Below are positions 1 through 10,897 of a stretch of 64,000 nucleotides of DNA, piece after piece (position 1 is the stretch's first letter; every line of letters begins with the position of its first letter). The position numbers and the translations under genes are program-made. Below the pieces are notes generated by a model. It had not been told where the DNA came from, made no database searches, and saw only the letters and a list, made by a program, of their open reading frames with translations. Source of the DNA: a virus; the IMG/VR virus record IMGVR_UViG_3300034355_000809. The stretch is one strand, 5' to 3'.

Positions 1-3000
1 GTGAATTAAAAATAGGTGATGTAGTTTCTGGCTCAAAAGAAGAAGTAGATAAATTTAATAAGCTTATAACAGACAGTATAGAAAAGGCTGATGGGAAAGA
101 ATTACCATCTTTTGATCCGGACGACGTTGACCACTTTGGCCTTATGCATTTCCTCCCTGCTGCAGACTCTGGACAAACTGGAAAACTTCCAGCCATATAT
201 CAGACACCAGATGGCGGCTACGTTTTAGGCTATCAGCATAAAGAGGATGGAAGATTCTATGTGGCTCAAGACTACCTTACGGTAGATGCTAACGGAAAAA
301 TGACTCCAACATCAAAAGTAACTCAAGTTTCTGACACGCAATCACCTGAAAGAGATTCTCAGAATTCTCACACTGGAGTCCCAACAGCCAAATCCTTAGA
401 CTCATATATGAATGCCTACGGTACTGATAACGTTGATGCTTCTCAAGCGGTGTCTACTGGTGGCAGTCACAAAGGTGTTGCAAAGCACTGGCAGAAAATG
501 ATGTTAGACACCAGGTACAGAGATATTGGTGGAAGAATGATTAGAGCATTCCCGACTTACATGTTATGGCTAATCGATGACAGCAACTTCTTTGCTGGCG
601 TTAAATTGTTTGACAATTTCTATGGACTTCAATCAATAATTGATTTTTCAATTGTCCAATCAGAAGATATTCTTGGCGATACCCTGATGCTTAGGTTGTC
701 TAATACTTATTCTAAATTATCTAGACCAGAATTAACATTGAATAGTATTATTAATACTGAAGGAGTGTTAAATAGCGGTACAACAAGTACTGAAATTAAA
801 TCAGCAGCAACAAACCTTTCGCAAGGAACAGCTGCAATTGTACAAACTTTGTTAAATAGAACAATGAATATTAAATCTCACATGAGTTCTAAGTATGTTA
901 CTGAAATAGAAAATATGAGATTAAAGCCAGGGGTAAGAGTCCACCTAAGAGCTGGTTATGGTTCAAATCCAAACTCATTACAAACTATATTTAACGGTGT
1001 TATTGCAGAAGTAGAACATGGTGAGATCATGACCATCATAGCTCAGTCAGATGCAGTTGAACTAAGTCCTATTATTAATAGTACGAAGAAAAAAGGTGAC
1101 AGCGGAAAAATTGATGGCGGGATAAACACTGGGCTCTGGATGTCAGAGCCAAGAGATTTGATGATAAGACTCTTGTCAATGGGTGCGTCAAGAATGAGGG
1201 AAGCTTTTGCACACGCAACACGTGGTGCAGTTTTCTCTGAAAACAAGTTTGGCATTAGACACTTTGGATCCATACTGTATGCTCCGCTATCGGCAGAAGA
1301 AGAACAAAAGGCAATGCAGTACAAGGCTAGTGTGGTTAATGCATTCAACGCGATTGCCAAGAACCCAGTCAGTGGAACCGCAGGGCTTGCCTGGAATTCC
1401 ACAGTCAATATAGCTACCGGTGGTACAGCGCAATTTTTAAACACAGGAATAAACGTAGGTTCAACTGGTGGTCTTTCTCCGTTGCAGGGCGTTACAGGCC
1501 TAGAAAGCGCTGGTGGAAGCGTTAGAACGCCAGTTGTGGGCGCAATGCAAACACTATGGGCTAACTTTAGCACGCAGAGAGATCTCGAGATATTCAAAAG
1601 AAACATCTATCCAGGCAATGGTGTCGGCGTTGCTCAGTTCCTTGGTGGGGACCTAGATGATGGCTGGTCAACTATGGCAAGCATGGATATCAGTATGATA
1701 GACAAAGAAAAGTTTGGCTACTTAGATAGACTAAGCAATAATACTTGGTCAGGATTAATAGATCAGTCTGGTAAGGGCGTTACAGATGCAGCAGAAGTAT
1801 TAGAAAAAACAACTGCAAATAATAAATTGGTAGACTCAAGTAACTCGATAGGGACTTCTAAGATAATAGCTGGAACAGCTGCTTTAGCTGTTGGTTATTT
1901 TGCTTCACCAGTAGCTGGTTTAGCTCTAGGTTCTGGGCTTTTAGGTTCGATGAACGGAAGAGGCCTTAGTAACATTATGAAAACAATGGGTCTTGTTTCA
2001 GACTTAGATGATGATATTTATGATGAAGTTTCTTTTAGGGCGCAAACTTACATGAGAAGTATCTGGGACATGTTTCAAATGTGCGCAAGATTATTGCCAA
2101 ACTATATTGTTGCCGTTAGACCCTTCGAAGATAGATCAACTATTTTTTACGGAAAACCACACTGGCTGTATACATCTGGTGTATTCCCAGTTTCAACAGG
2201 ATTCCCAAATGAGGAAAATGCAAGAACAAATGGTATTAATACACCTGGTTACATAAATCCTGATGATACTTTAAACGAAATTCTTTCTTCTGTAAATAAA
2301 AATACTGGTTCTACAGCAGATGCTATGTTTGCTGCAGGCAGCAAGGAAAGCACAGTAGCTGACAACATGGCTTCTATGGCTAAAGATATTATTTCTGGAA
2401 CAGGCATATTTGCTGCGGGTGGAAGATTGCGTGGAAAAGTAATAAATTTTGCTGACACAGAAAGACAAAAATATTACCACTACGATAAAATCGTTTCTAG
2501 ACTGCCAGTCAATAAGGGTAAAGTTCAAGTAGGCTTTCACTTGCCTTTTGCTAGCTCATCTAGATTAAACCCAACTTTAGGAGATAAAGAAGTAGATAGA
2601 AGAACCGCGTCAAAACAGATCGATGCTCCGATACAACAAGATCATAAACAAATTGATCAACTCCCTATAAGGTTTCGTTATCCGTTTTTTTCCAACAGAG
2701 CAAGTGGAACTTTACCTTCACTGGATTATGACAAAATTGTTAAAAGTGTCGAAGGTGAAGACGTACCAAAAATTATTTCTAACATAGTTCAAATTTCTTT
2801 ATTAGAAAAGTCTTTAGTAAGTAAAGAAAAAGACTCTGATACAACAGCACTAGTAAGCAGTAAGGAAGAGGGTGGTGAACCTACGCTGGACTTCAATTTT
2901 AATTTTGCAAGTAAGCTTCCATTTCTTGGCCTAGATCAACTCATGACCGATACAGCAGCCTTTGATCCATCAGGCATTTATGATCCAAAAGGAAAATTGG

Positions 3001-6000
3001 GCATAATCACGACATCAAGAACCGTGAGAATGCCATTGCCAGTTTTAGATATGCAGTCACAAACTGATATACAACTAACAAGCGGGGGTCAAACTGTACT
3101 ACTGGAAAATTTTGAAAAGTATTATGATGACCTAGATCCAGCATATGCTCTGCAAGATAAGTACAGGGCGGGAGGAGCCATGTTAGATTTTACCGAATGG
3201 GGAATGCCGGCTTCTGCAGAAGATGAACAGTTTTATATCGCCATGAGATGGCCATATAATCCACTAGAATCTAGATCGGCACGTGGATTTGATGAAAAAG
3301 CATCAGTAAATGTTAAGCAACAAGTACTGCAAGATTTTTTAAAGATGTACAACCTGAAAGAGGAAGACTTAGTTGGTAGCCCAGAAGAATACAAGAAGAG
3401 AAAAGTACTTGTATACAACCCAGAAAAGAAAGTGGCAGTTGTTTGTACTCCAGCTTATTTCTTATGGGGAGAGACTGAAGCAGACGGAGATGGAAGCAAT
3501 AAGATTGATGCAGTAATATCACCAGATGCTGCATACTTTCTTCATCTCTTAATTAACGATAAAGGCCAAATTCTTTCACCATTAGAAAATCTAGGAACTT
3601 TATCTCTCGAACAAGCCGATGGCAATGGAACAACTACAACAGCTGGACAATGGGAAGCCCTTGGAATGGCGGAGCAAAATCTCAAAGAGTGCATGTTCAC
3701 TTTTGTGCCAGATGGTACTCCAGTTGGAGTTGTAACAAGTGATTACAATCCAGCAAATCAATTTAGCTTTGGAACAGAAAGTTTTATACCAGGTAATGAT
3801 ACTTTCTTAATCGGATTCGGAGCTTTTAAAACTGCTGACGAGGGAAGAAGTTTGGAAGATCAAATAAATAATGGTTTTCTTCCCGCTGTAGTATTACCAG
3901 AAAATACTGGCGGACATCCTTCGTTAAGATCTAATAACCATAGCGGAATTCTTAGTGATGACTATACTTTCGATGATGTTATTTCTCTAAAAACATCAAT
4001 TGATTGGCAAAGAGAATGGAGCAGGGGCGGCAACTATCTTAAGTATTATGACAAAGTTTCAGCTGGAGATTATGAAAGTTTAAAGCAAGATAAATTAATA
4101 GAAAAATTAGAAGAAGATAAAAAAGATAAAACTTTTGAAAACTTTGTTAAAGTATATGACCCAATAGATTCAGTAAGCGTTACCGCAAGAGGTTTCTATG
4201 ACGAAAAATTTGACAGCACAGTCAAAACTATTGCCGGCAATGGAAGAAGAGTATACGAAGCCCAACAAATATGGGATCAATTTAGGTATGGTTATCATAA
4301 TTATGATTCAGTAAAAAATATTTTTTATCAGATGTTTAATCTCGACCCAGATGATGATACCGATTCCCAAGATCCATTGTTCGAACTTCTTACTGGTTCA
4401 GGAATTCAGGCGTTTGAAGAGTTTGGAGCAGATTCTAGAAGCTCAGAGTTTTCAACTTTACTTGGAGCAGACTGGGTCTCTACCTTAACCAGAGGAGAAG
4501 GCACTGCGGATAATTACCAATTTGGTACAGATGTAGCAGCTGCTATAGATATAGCAGTTAACGAATATGTTGATGGCGGGTTTGACGGATTTGATGAAAA
4601 TAGATCAAAAATTATAAATAAAGATAAAGGAATTATTGACGCCTATAATGCACTTGTTTATAAAAAAGTATCTGGAATTAGAAACCTTGTTAAGGGCCAC
4701 TTCGAAACATACGAATACGGACCTACACAAGAGGATGCTGATCCAGCAGCTGGAGCTGACAAATCTCCAGCAAAAAGTTCTACTAATGATTCTATCTTAG
4801 CCGATGTTATAAGTAAATTATCATTATCTAAAAAACCAGAAGATAAAGCAAAAGTATTATTGAGCAACATAAAAACTCCAAAACAATTGTTCTTGTTACT
4901 GGTTGGAATATTCAGGCAAAAACTATGGGCAGACCCATATGCAAGAGCCTGGGTTGTTTTAAGGCCAGACAAAAAACGTTTTAATCCAAGCACAGGAACT
5001 TCAATCTTAAATGCAGTTGTGCCAGTCACGGCTCCAGTTACAATTGCGTTCAATCTAGGAAGCGATGAAAATGATGACTGGAGCTTTAGATCCTTTGATA
5101 GAATATTTAATGCGTTTATTGACTATAACGCTGAATACGCAACAAACCCACAATCACTGATAAAGCTTCTTAAGGCCAATGCCAAAGAAGGAAGTAACGC
5201 TGGCAACTGGATAACTGGAGTCTTAGAAGACGTTGATAGTTTCTGGGATAGAAATATAGGACCAATTTTTACTGCGTTTGATGCAGCGTTGGGCAATCTC
5301 TTAAACATGTTTAGAATGTCTATGGCTCAAATGGGTTATGGACTAAATGAATTAGAAAACTTTACCAAGCAAGCAAACATTCTTAACAAAGCTTATAACG
5401 ATTCAATATACTACTCTCTTGGTAGACAAGGCACTCTACTCAGAGCTGTTGATAATCCATTTACTAGAGAGTATGGAGAACCTGTCGTAGAGGTTAGGGA
5501 ACCTTTCCAGAGATTGCACTACATCAGTTCATTCACTCATATTTTAAAAAATAATATTAAAGAAAACTTTAGTGGTGTAGCTACACAAATAACAGCTGTT
5601 TCAGATGGAAAATATCCAGTAACAGTTTCTTTGGATAAAGCTGCTCCACCAGAAAGACAAGTTGAAAAAACTGTTGAAACTGGAATTTATTTTGATAACG
5701 TTAAAGGCGAAGGAGTATGGGGAATACTACATCCGATATTCCATCCTCTCCAAACTGCTAGAGGAATTGCAAAAGCAGCTCAAGGAGATCCAGATGAATT
5801 AACCGCAAGAAGAGTAGCTCTTTCCCACCTTAAAGAATCTTTGAAAGATATATATGGTGGTGAAATAATTGTCATAGGCAACGCAGACATTAGACCACAT
5901 GACATAGTTTATCTTGCGGATGTTTATGAAAGAATGTATGGAATATTTGAAGTAGAACAAGTAGTACATCACTTTACTCCAGAAACTGGATTTGTTACTA

Positions 6001-7760
6001 GTATTACTCCAAATGCTTTTGTTACTGTCAACGATCCAGCTAGATGGTTCTTGTCATCTTGGATGGCATCTCAATTCAGTATGCAAAATTTAAGAAACGA
6101 CACTAGGTTGCTTTTAGCTAATAAGTCAAATAACTCTAGACTAACTATAAATGGTGACGTGTCAGTGGATAGATTAGGCGACATGCTTAAAGATCAAATG
6201 GTTGGCGGCATGCAATACACCCACGGACATTCCGCATTGCTAAAAGACATACAGGCTAATGCTTTAGCAGACTCAATGCCAGAGGGTGCTGAACAAATGA
6301 AGGCAATGATTGCAGCAAACACGGGTAGGCTAGAAGGCTCTGTAAAAAGCGCTGTCTTTGCCGGTTTGGTTATGCCTGCAATAACAGCTACAGCAACAGT
6401 TGGTGCAACTATGTTGGGAGGCCCTATAGCTGGTGCAGCTGTTGCAGCAGGACTTTCTTTGGCAACCGATGGTGCTTGGAACGCGTGGAAGTGGGTAAGG
6501 GACAATGTTCTAGACCAGCATGGTTGTTATATCCAGTACTTGTCAAAGAATGGGCAACCGATGGATGCAGGTTTGTCGAACTTCCAGGGCATGGTTGTTG
6601 GTAAATACCACTCAATAAAACTTCTTCCTGGCCTTCTTAACGTAAGAACAAAAACTAAATCTATTGAAGGCAATGCCTTCATAAGATCAGATGACTTGTT
6701 AAAGAATATGGGTTGGAAAGAAAAAGAAATAGGTGATCTTGTCAGATATATAAGTTTAGAAAATGCAATTGTTCACTCTCAATTGTTAAAGTATTCTGGA
6801 TTAGGGCCAGAAAAGACAGGCCTTAATCAATACTTTAAGACTATCGTTTATGTAAAGCATGTAGTTGACGGTGACACCATAGATGTTATAGATGTATTAA
6901 GTGGATCTAACGAAACATATCGTGAATATAGAGTAAGATTTGACGGAGTTGACACTTCAGAATTGCAAAAAAATAATGTTTCAAAAGATGTTGGAATAAT
7001 AGATGTCAACTCAACAGCTTCAAAAGGTTTGTTCTTTACAAAAGCAGCATTAGAGGGCAGACTAATAGTTCTTAGAGTAAGTCCAAACAATGCTACAATG
7101 ATACTCACCGCAGATGATTTAGAAGCAGGTGCACTAGTTAACAATAGAGTCAACTATGCAACTTCAAGAAGAAGTGAAAAATGGGGTAACAGCGGACCTG
7201 AAAGATATATGGCGTCCGTATTTTACAAGACCGACGCAGAAAGCTATGCCGCCATTAAGAACCAGATAAGGTCAATATTCCTAGCAATACCAGGGACAAC
7301 AGACGATACTCTTGCTTACGTAAAAAATAAAGCAAAAGAATTAATAAGCCCAGAATCTGTGATCTATACTAGATTTGATCAGCTATACGCAGCTACCTTA
7401 ACTGTACAAAACCTTATCAGAGACTCCCTTCCTACTTATGGTACTCAAAAAACTGCAATCCACTTTGAAACAAGTGGAGAGACCGATCCACTAAACGGAC
7501 TGAGCAACATAGAAATAAGAGCCTATGATGCCCTTGTTGATATGTTAGTTCTATTAAAGATTTATAATAAAGCTTCAGAATGGCCAATGGCTGAGTGGGA
7601 CGAGTACTATGAGGATGGAACTCCAGTAACACTTAACTGGGAATTAATCACAAATGGATTGGGTAAGGTTTACACAGCAGGGTTAAATCTCGTGAGTGGG
7701 CCAGCAATGGTTGGCGTAGACAAAATGGTTCCAACTTTCAAAAAAGTATTAGGTGAATAA
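1..7760 (+). CDS. Giant virion protein (5'-truncated, >2580 aa): baseplate hub/gp27-like segments, hydrophobic segments and a C-terminal staphylococcal-nuclease (SNase) domain
   Basis: Frame is open from position 3, upstream of the ATG at 144. Hub-like motifs are LKPGVRVHLRAGYGSN...IFNGVIAEV and GEIIVIGNADIRPHD...FEVEQVVHHF. SNase motifs VVDGDTIDV, VRFDGVDTSE, ERYMA and NWELITNGLG lie at ~6852-7673. The gene precedes the lysin and wedge genes. Confidence 0.7.
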   Translation, partial: ELKIGDVVSGSKEEVDKFNKLITDSIEKADGKELPSFDPDDVDHFGLMHFLPAADSGQTGKLPAIYQTPDGGYVLGYQHKEDGRFYVAQDYLTVDANGKMTPTSKVTQVSDTQSPERDSQNSHTGVPTAKSLDSYMNAYGTDNVDASQAVSTGGSHKGVAKHWQKMMLDTRYRDIGGRMIRAFPTYMLWLIDDSNFFAGVKLFDNFYGLQSIIDFSIVQSEDILGDTLMLRLSNTYSKLSRPELTLNSIINTEGVLNSGTTSTEIKSAATNLSQGTAAIVQTLLNRTMNIKSHMSSKYVTEIENMRLKPGVRVHLRAGYGSNPNSLQTIFNGVIAEVEHGEIMTIIAQSDAVELSPIINSTKKKGDSGKIDGGINTGLWMSEPRDLMIRLLSMGASRMREAFAHATRGAVFSENKFGIRHFGSILYAPLSAEEEQKAMQYKASVVNAFNAIAKNPVSGTAGLAWNSTVNIATGGTAQFLNTGINVGSTGGLSPLQGVTGLESAGGSVRTPVVGAMQTLWANFSTQRDLEIFKRNIYPGNGVGVAQFLGGDLDDGWSTMASMDISMIDKEKFGYLDRLSNNTWSGLIDQSGKGVTDAAEVLEKTTANNKLVDSSNSIGTSKIIAGTAALAVGYFASPVAGLALGSGLLGSMNGRGLSNIMKTMGLVSDLDDDIYDEVSFRAQTYMRSIWDMFQMCARLLPNYIVAVRPFEDRSTIFYGKPHWLYTSGVFPVSTGFPNEENARTNGINTPGYINPDDTLNEILSSVNKNTGSTADAMFAAGSKESTVADNMASMAKDIISGTGIFAAGGRLRGKVINFADTERQKYYHYDKIVSRLPVNKGKVQVGFHLPFASSSRLNPTLGDKEVDRRTASKQIDAPIQQDHKQIDQLPIRFRYPFFSNRASGTLPSLDYDKIVKSVEGEDVPKIISNIVQISLLEKSLVSKEKDSDTTALVSSKEEGGEPTLDFNFNFASKLPFLGLDQLMTDTAAFDPSGIYDPKGKLGIITTSRTVRMPLPVLDMQSQTDIQLTSGGQTVLLENFEKYYDDLDPAYALQDKYRAGGAMLDFTEWGMPASAEDEQFYIAMRWPYNPLESRSARGFDEKASVNVKQQVLQDFLKMYNLKEEDLVGSPEEYKKRKVLVYNPEKKVAVVCTPAYFLWGETEADGDGSNKIDAVISPDAAYFLHLLINDKGQILSPLENLGTLSLEQADGNGTTTTAGQWEALGMAEQNLKECMFTFVPDGTPVGVVTSDYNPANQFSFGTESFIPGNDTFLIGFGAFKTADEGRSLEDQINNGFLPAVVLPENTGGHPSLRSNNHSGILSDDYTFDDVISLKTSIDWQREWSRGGNYLKYYDKVSAGDYESLKQDKLIEKLEEDKKDKTFENFVKVYDPIDSVSVTARGFYDEKFDSTVKTIAGNGRRVYEAQQIWDQFRYGYHNYDSVKNIFYQMFNLDPDDDTDSQDPLFELLTGSGIQAFEEFGADSRSSEFSTLLGADWVSTLTRGEGTADNYQFGTDVAAAIDIAVNEYVDGGFDGFDENRSKIINKDKGIIDAYNALVYKKVSGIRNLVKGHFETYEYGPTQEDADPAAGADKSPAKSSTNDSILADVISKLSLSKKPEDKAKVLLSNIKTPKQLFLLLVGIFRQKLWADPYARAWVVLRPDKKRFNPSTGTSILNAVVPVTAPVTIAFNLGSDENDDWSFRSFDRIFNAFIDYNAEYATNPQSLIKLLKANAKEGSNAGNWITGVLEDVDSFWDRNIGPIFTAFDAALGNLLNMFRMSMAQMGYGLNELENFTKQANILNKAYNDSIYYSLGRQGTLLRAVDNPFTREYGEPVVEVREPFQRLHYISSFTHILKNNIKENFSGVATQITAVSDGKYPVTVSLDKAAPPERQVEKTVETGIYFDNVKGEGVWGILHPIFHPLQTARGIAKAAQGDPDELTARRVALSHLKESLKDIYGGEIIVIGNADIRPHDIVYLADVYERMYGIFEVEQVVHHFTPETGFVTSITPNAFVTVNDPARWFLSSWMASQFSMQNLRNDTRLLLANKSNNSRLTINGDVSVDRLGDMLKDQMVGGMQYTHGHSALLKDIQANALADSMPEGAEQMKAMIAANTGRLEGSVKSAVFAGLVMPAITATATVGATMLGGPIAGAAVAAGLSLATDGAWNAWKWVRDNVLDQHGCYIQYLSKNGQPMDAGLSNFQGMVVGKYHSIKLLPGLLNVRTKTKSIEGNAFIRSDDLLKNMGWKEKEIGDLVRYISLENAIVHSQLLKYSGLGPEKTGLNQYFKTIVYVKHVVDGDTIDVIDVLSGSNETYREYRVRFDGVDTSELQKNNVSKDVGIIDVNSTASKGLFFTKAALEGRLIVLRVSPNNATMILTADDLEAGALVNNRVNYATSRRSEKWGNSGPERYMASVFYKTDAESYAAIKNQIRSIFLAIPGTTDDTLAYVKNKAKELISPESVIYTRFDQLYAATLTVQNLIRDSLPTYGTQKTAIHFETSGETDPLNGLSNIEIRAYDALVDMLVLLKIYNKASEWPMAEWDEYYEDGTPVTLNWELITNGLGKVYTAGLNLVSGPAMVGVDKMVPTFKKVLGE

Positions 7761-7761
7761 T

Positions 7762-9831
7762 ATGTCAGATACAGGAATAAATTCTTCAGACCTAGGCAGT
7801 ACAGCAAGTATTGCAAACAAAATAGGTGAATCATTCTATCCAAATGGAGAGGTTGTAATAACTGGCACAACAATGTCCAGGCAGCCATACGAAGATAGAA
7901 GCTTAAGAAGCGCTGACCCAGTAAAGATAATTCAAGGCGATGGTCTTTACAGGAATCCAGCTTTTGCTATTAATGCATATGCGCAAAGCACCCAGTCAGC
8001 AATGCACGGAATAGTGGCATCAATGTCCGATTTAAATGATGATATAAAAATAGCTGATCCAAATGACCCAAGAGGAACTCCACTAACTGGGGCAGCAGCA
8101 AAGATGGAAATAGCTAAGAACTCCATGTTAGTAACAGGATATGCTCCTAGTGGTTTTTCTGAATCAATCAGAGCATTAAATAATAGCGTTATTAATAGCA
8201 CTGTACAACCAACAGATTCAGACCTAGCATATGTGACCAGCGAAATGGGAGCTACTGTAGCAGAAAAAACTTCAGGTTACATTCCTTCTTCAGAGCCAGG
8301 AATGGTTTTGAATGGAGGGTCTAGAGCTATCGCTTTAGATTCTTTGTTAAGTGATCAAGAAAAAGAAGTGTATGCAACTAAGGTAGCTCAGCTAAATAAT
8401 AAAGCAAACTTTAAGGGTTCAGTTAGTGCATTCACTATAGATTTTAATACAAATGAAAAAGGACAAAATCTTTCAAGTCTTGGTTTTGCAATAAATCAAG
8501 AACCAAGTTATATATCTGGTTCGATGCAAGCTCTACCTATTGATTCGAATCTTTTGGGTAGCGGAAAAAAAGTATGCCACATATCAGCAGCGCTAATAGA
8601 GATGATGCTCCAAGTGACTAATACAATGTATATACAAGGTGGAACTGGTGTTAGAACTTTAGTTGGTCCAAATTTTTCTTTACTTACTGCAGAAAACAAC
8701 AGTGTAAGCGACCACGCATTTGGTAGAGGTTTTGATATTATGGCTGTTGGGAATTCAGCTATTCCAGTAACTGCATTGTCAAAGAACATAGATACATATA
8801 GACAAGGGCTACACTTGCTTTTGACTACATTAAATGGACTAACACAAGACTTACACCCAGACCTAATAGTGGTTCATGATCAATTGATGGTTGAGCTAGG
8901 AATAGCTGAAAGTGGCTTAGAAGGGGCTAATGCAGCGGTTAGAACAAAGTATCCAAACCTAGGTAAATTTGTTAACTTTGCTGTTGACTCAAGCCATAGA
9001 GACCACATACATGTTAGCTTTTCTCCACAAAGAGCTGGGTCATTTATAACTCCAGAAATAGCAACTGCAATAACTGGCGTTAGCTTTACCGCAGAAGATG
9101 CAAAAGGCGGGATAAGCATGGATAAATTTAAACAAAATTTCTTTGGCAAACCCAATGCTTCTCTAAGCACAGATGAACTCATGGCACTCTTGTCTACATC
9201 TGGTTTGTTTAGTCTTGAAGTGTCTGCAATATTTACTGCAATAGCTGAAAGAGAAGCAAGAATTAGGCCAGCTGCCATTAATACAACACGTCCTTCTGAT
9301 TTTTCTGTTGGCTTGTTCCAAATAAACTTATTAGAAAAAGCACACGGCACCAAAACATTTTACCTAAAGTACAATGCATCTGGACAACCGGAAGACAGCA
9401 CCGTTTTAGGTTTCAAATTGGCTTACTCAATTGACTCAGATAATAATCCAAAAACACTAGCTAGCAAAGTGATGAACCAAGCAACTCAAGCTACTGTCGA
9501 TCAAAGGGTATGGATACCCTACAACCAAGCCTGGATGTTAGGTGTAACTGCAGTCGGATCGGTAAGGGTTGCCCAAGTAATTAAAAAAAATAATCCAATT
9601 GACGAATACTGCTTTCACCCATGGGGAGATTATGGAACTGAATACGTTCCAGGTTTTATATTTAAAACAAAATTCTCTACCGCATTGTCAGTTTATTTGA
9701 ATAGAGGCGGAACAGATGCTAATTTAAGAAAATGGATTAGAACAAACATACCACAGAAATCAAGAGCCTATTCATACATAGAAGGATGGATGGGTGGTTC
9801 CGTGTATAAAGAAGATGGAAGCGTATTGTAG
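7762..9831 (+). CDS. Tail-associated peptidoglycan hydrolase: M15-like Zn-peptidase plus lytic transglycosylase/lysozyme-like domain
   Basis: SDHAFGRGFDI...HRDHIHVSF gives M15-type H/D/H ligands. AIAEREA...SVGLFQIN...PW is SLT-like. SD-like AGGTGA precedes ATG 7762. Confidence 0.7.
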   Translation: MSDTGINSSDLGSTASIANKIGESFYPNGEVVITGTTMSRQPYEDRSLRSADPVKIIQGDGLYRNPAFAINAYAQSTQSAMHGIVASMSDLNDDIKIADPNDPRGTPLTGAAAKMEIAKNSMLVTGYAPSGFSESIRALNNSVINSTVQPTDSDLAYVTSEMGATVAEKTSGYIPSSEPGMVLNGGSRAIALDSLLSDQEKEVYATKVAQLNNKANFKGSVSAFTIDFNTNEKGQNLSSLGFAINQEPSYISGSMQALPIDSNLLGSGKKVCHISAALIEMMLQVTNTMYIQGGTGVRTLVGPNFSLLTAENNSVSDHAFGRGFDIMAVGNSAIPVTALSKNIDTYRQGLHLLLTTLNGLTQDLHPDLIVVHDQLMVELGIAESGLEGANAAVRTKYPNLGKFVNFAVDSSHRDHIHVSFSPQRAGSFITPEIATAITGVSFTAEDAKGGISMDKFKQNFFGKPNASLSTDELMALLSTSGLFSLEVSAIFTAIAEREARIRPAAINTTRPSDFSVGLFQINLLEKAHGTKTFYLKYNASGQPEDSTVLGFKLAYSIDSDNNPKTLASKVMNQATQATVDQRVWIPYNQAWMLGVTAVGSVRVAQVIKKNNPIDEYCFHPWGDYGTEYVPGFIFKTKFSTALSVYLNRGGTDANLRKWIRTNIPQKSRAYSYIEGWMGGSVYKEDGSVL

Positions 9832-9842
9832 GAGGAAATATT

Positions 9843-10205
9843 ATGGCATTAAATTATCCAAAGTTTGATAAAAGAATTACTGATAGAATAGATGAAGCTT
9901 CTTTTAAGCAATCAAAGAATAGACCAGGTACAGTAATGGCTTACAATTCAGGACATAATACTGCAACAGTTATGGTCGACGAAAAGTACTCTGACCTTAT
10001 TGGTAATATGCTTTCTAACGTACCATGCCCATTTGTGTATGGTGTTCAAACGGTCGCTCCAGCCCCAGGCACACGCTGTCTCATAGGCTTTAGAGACGCA
10101 GAAGAAAAGGAACCGTATGTCTTGATGTATTTTAATGACATTCATTCCCATAAAAATATTAGAAATACCTCGATAGACACTGGCATACCAAAGTTTATGG
10201 TTTAA
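9843..10205 (+). CDS. Putative baseplate spike/assembly protein (gp5/gpV N-terminal OB-like)
   Basis: RPGTVMAYN..NTATV...NVPCP...PAPGTRCLIGF pattern, GGAGG SD, and position between lysin and wedge genes. Confidence 0.5.
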   Translation: MALNYPKFDKRITDRIDEASFKQSKNRPGTVMAYNSGHNTATVMVDEKYSDLIGNMLSNVPCPFVYGVQTVAPAPGTRCLIGFRDAEEKEPYVLMYFNDIHSHKNIRNTSIDTGIPKFMV

Positions 10206-10210
10206 TTATT

Positions 10211-10897
10211 ATGATAGATCAAAATAGCGAACAATTTAAACAGTCTCCTGTTTTTAACGAAACAGCAGAAATAAAGAGAAGAAAAGAATTCTCACATAGA
10301 GAAGTCGGCTTGACCCACCCAGATAATAAAGCCTTTATTAGAATAACGGACATGGGTGAGATAGAGATATTTGGAGCTCCTGGCGTTGGTTTGGTTATCA
10401 ATCCAAACACAAGAAGCATATCCATATTTGCAGACTCCATTAAGATGTACTGCAAAGATGATGATGGTCTAAGATGGAATGAAAAGTCCTTTAACCCAGC
10501 TGCAGATGTATATAATGAGCCTGCTCTTTTAAAGACTGGAGACTTTTTAAACAACCCAGCGTATTATAGGACCGGCCAGTTTTTAAATAATTTAGAAAAT
10601 TATGAACAGGAAGAGGTCGTAACTCCCATTACTATAATAGGTAAGTACGGCCTAGGTTTGAATAATGAGCAGGGCTCAGAAGTAATAGAAGATCCAAATG
10701 GGTTGACTTTTGAGCAAGTTTCTTTAATAGAATCTTATTCAAAAACTCACACCGAATCCGAAGTAGCCAAATTGCAACAGTTTATTAAAATGGGATACTC
10801 CTATCAAGATGCAGTTTCTAAGGTAGAAACTAGCGACTTTAATGAGCCAAGTGATATGGAAAATTTTCCTTGGATAGATAATGATTTGGATAAATAA
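10211..10897 (+). CDS. Hypothetical baseplate-associated protein
   Basis: 228-aa ORF with a beta-rich N-terminal part, translationally coupled (TAATG) to the gp25-like gene. Confidence 0.45.
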   Translation: MIDQNSEQFKQSPVFNETAEIKRRKEFSHREVGLTHPDNKAFIRITDMGEIEIFGAPGVGLVINPNTRSISIFADSIKMYCKDDDGLRWNEKSFNPAADVYNEPALLKTGDFLNNPAYYRTGQFLNNLENYEQEEVVTPITIIGKYGLGLNNEQGSEVIEDPNGLTFEQVSLIESYSKTHTESEVAKLQQFIKMGYSYQDAVSKVETSDFNEPSDMENFPWIDNDLDK

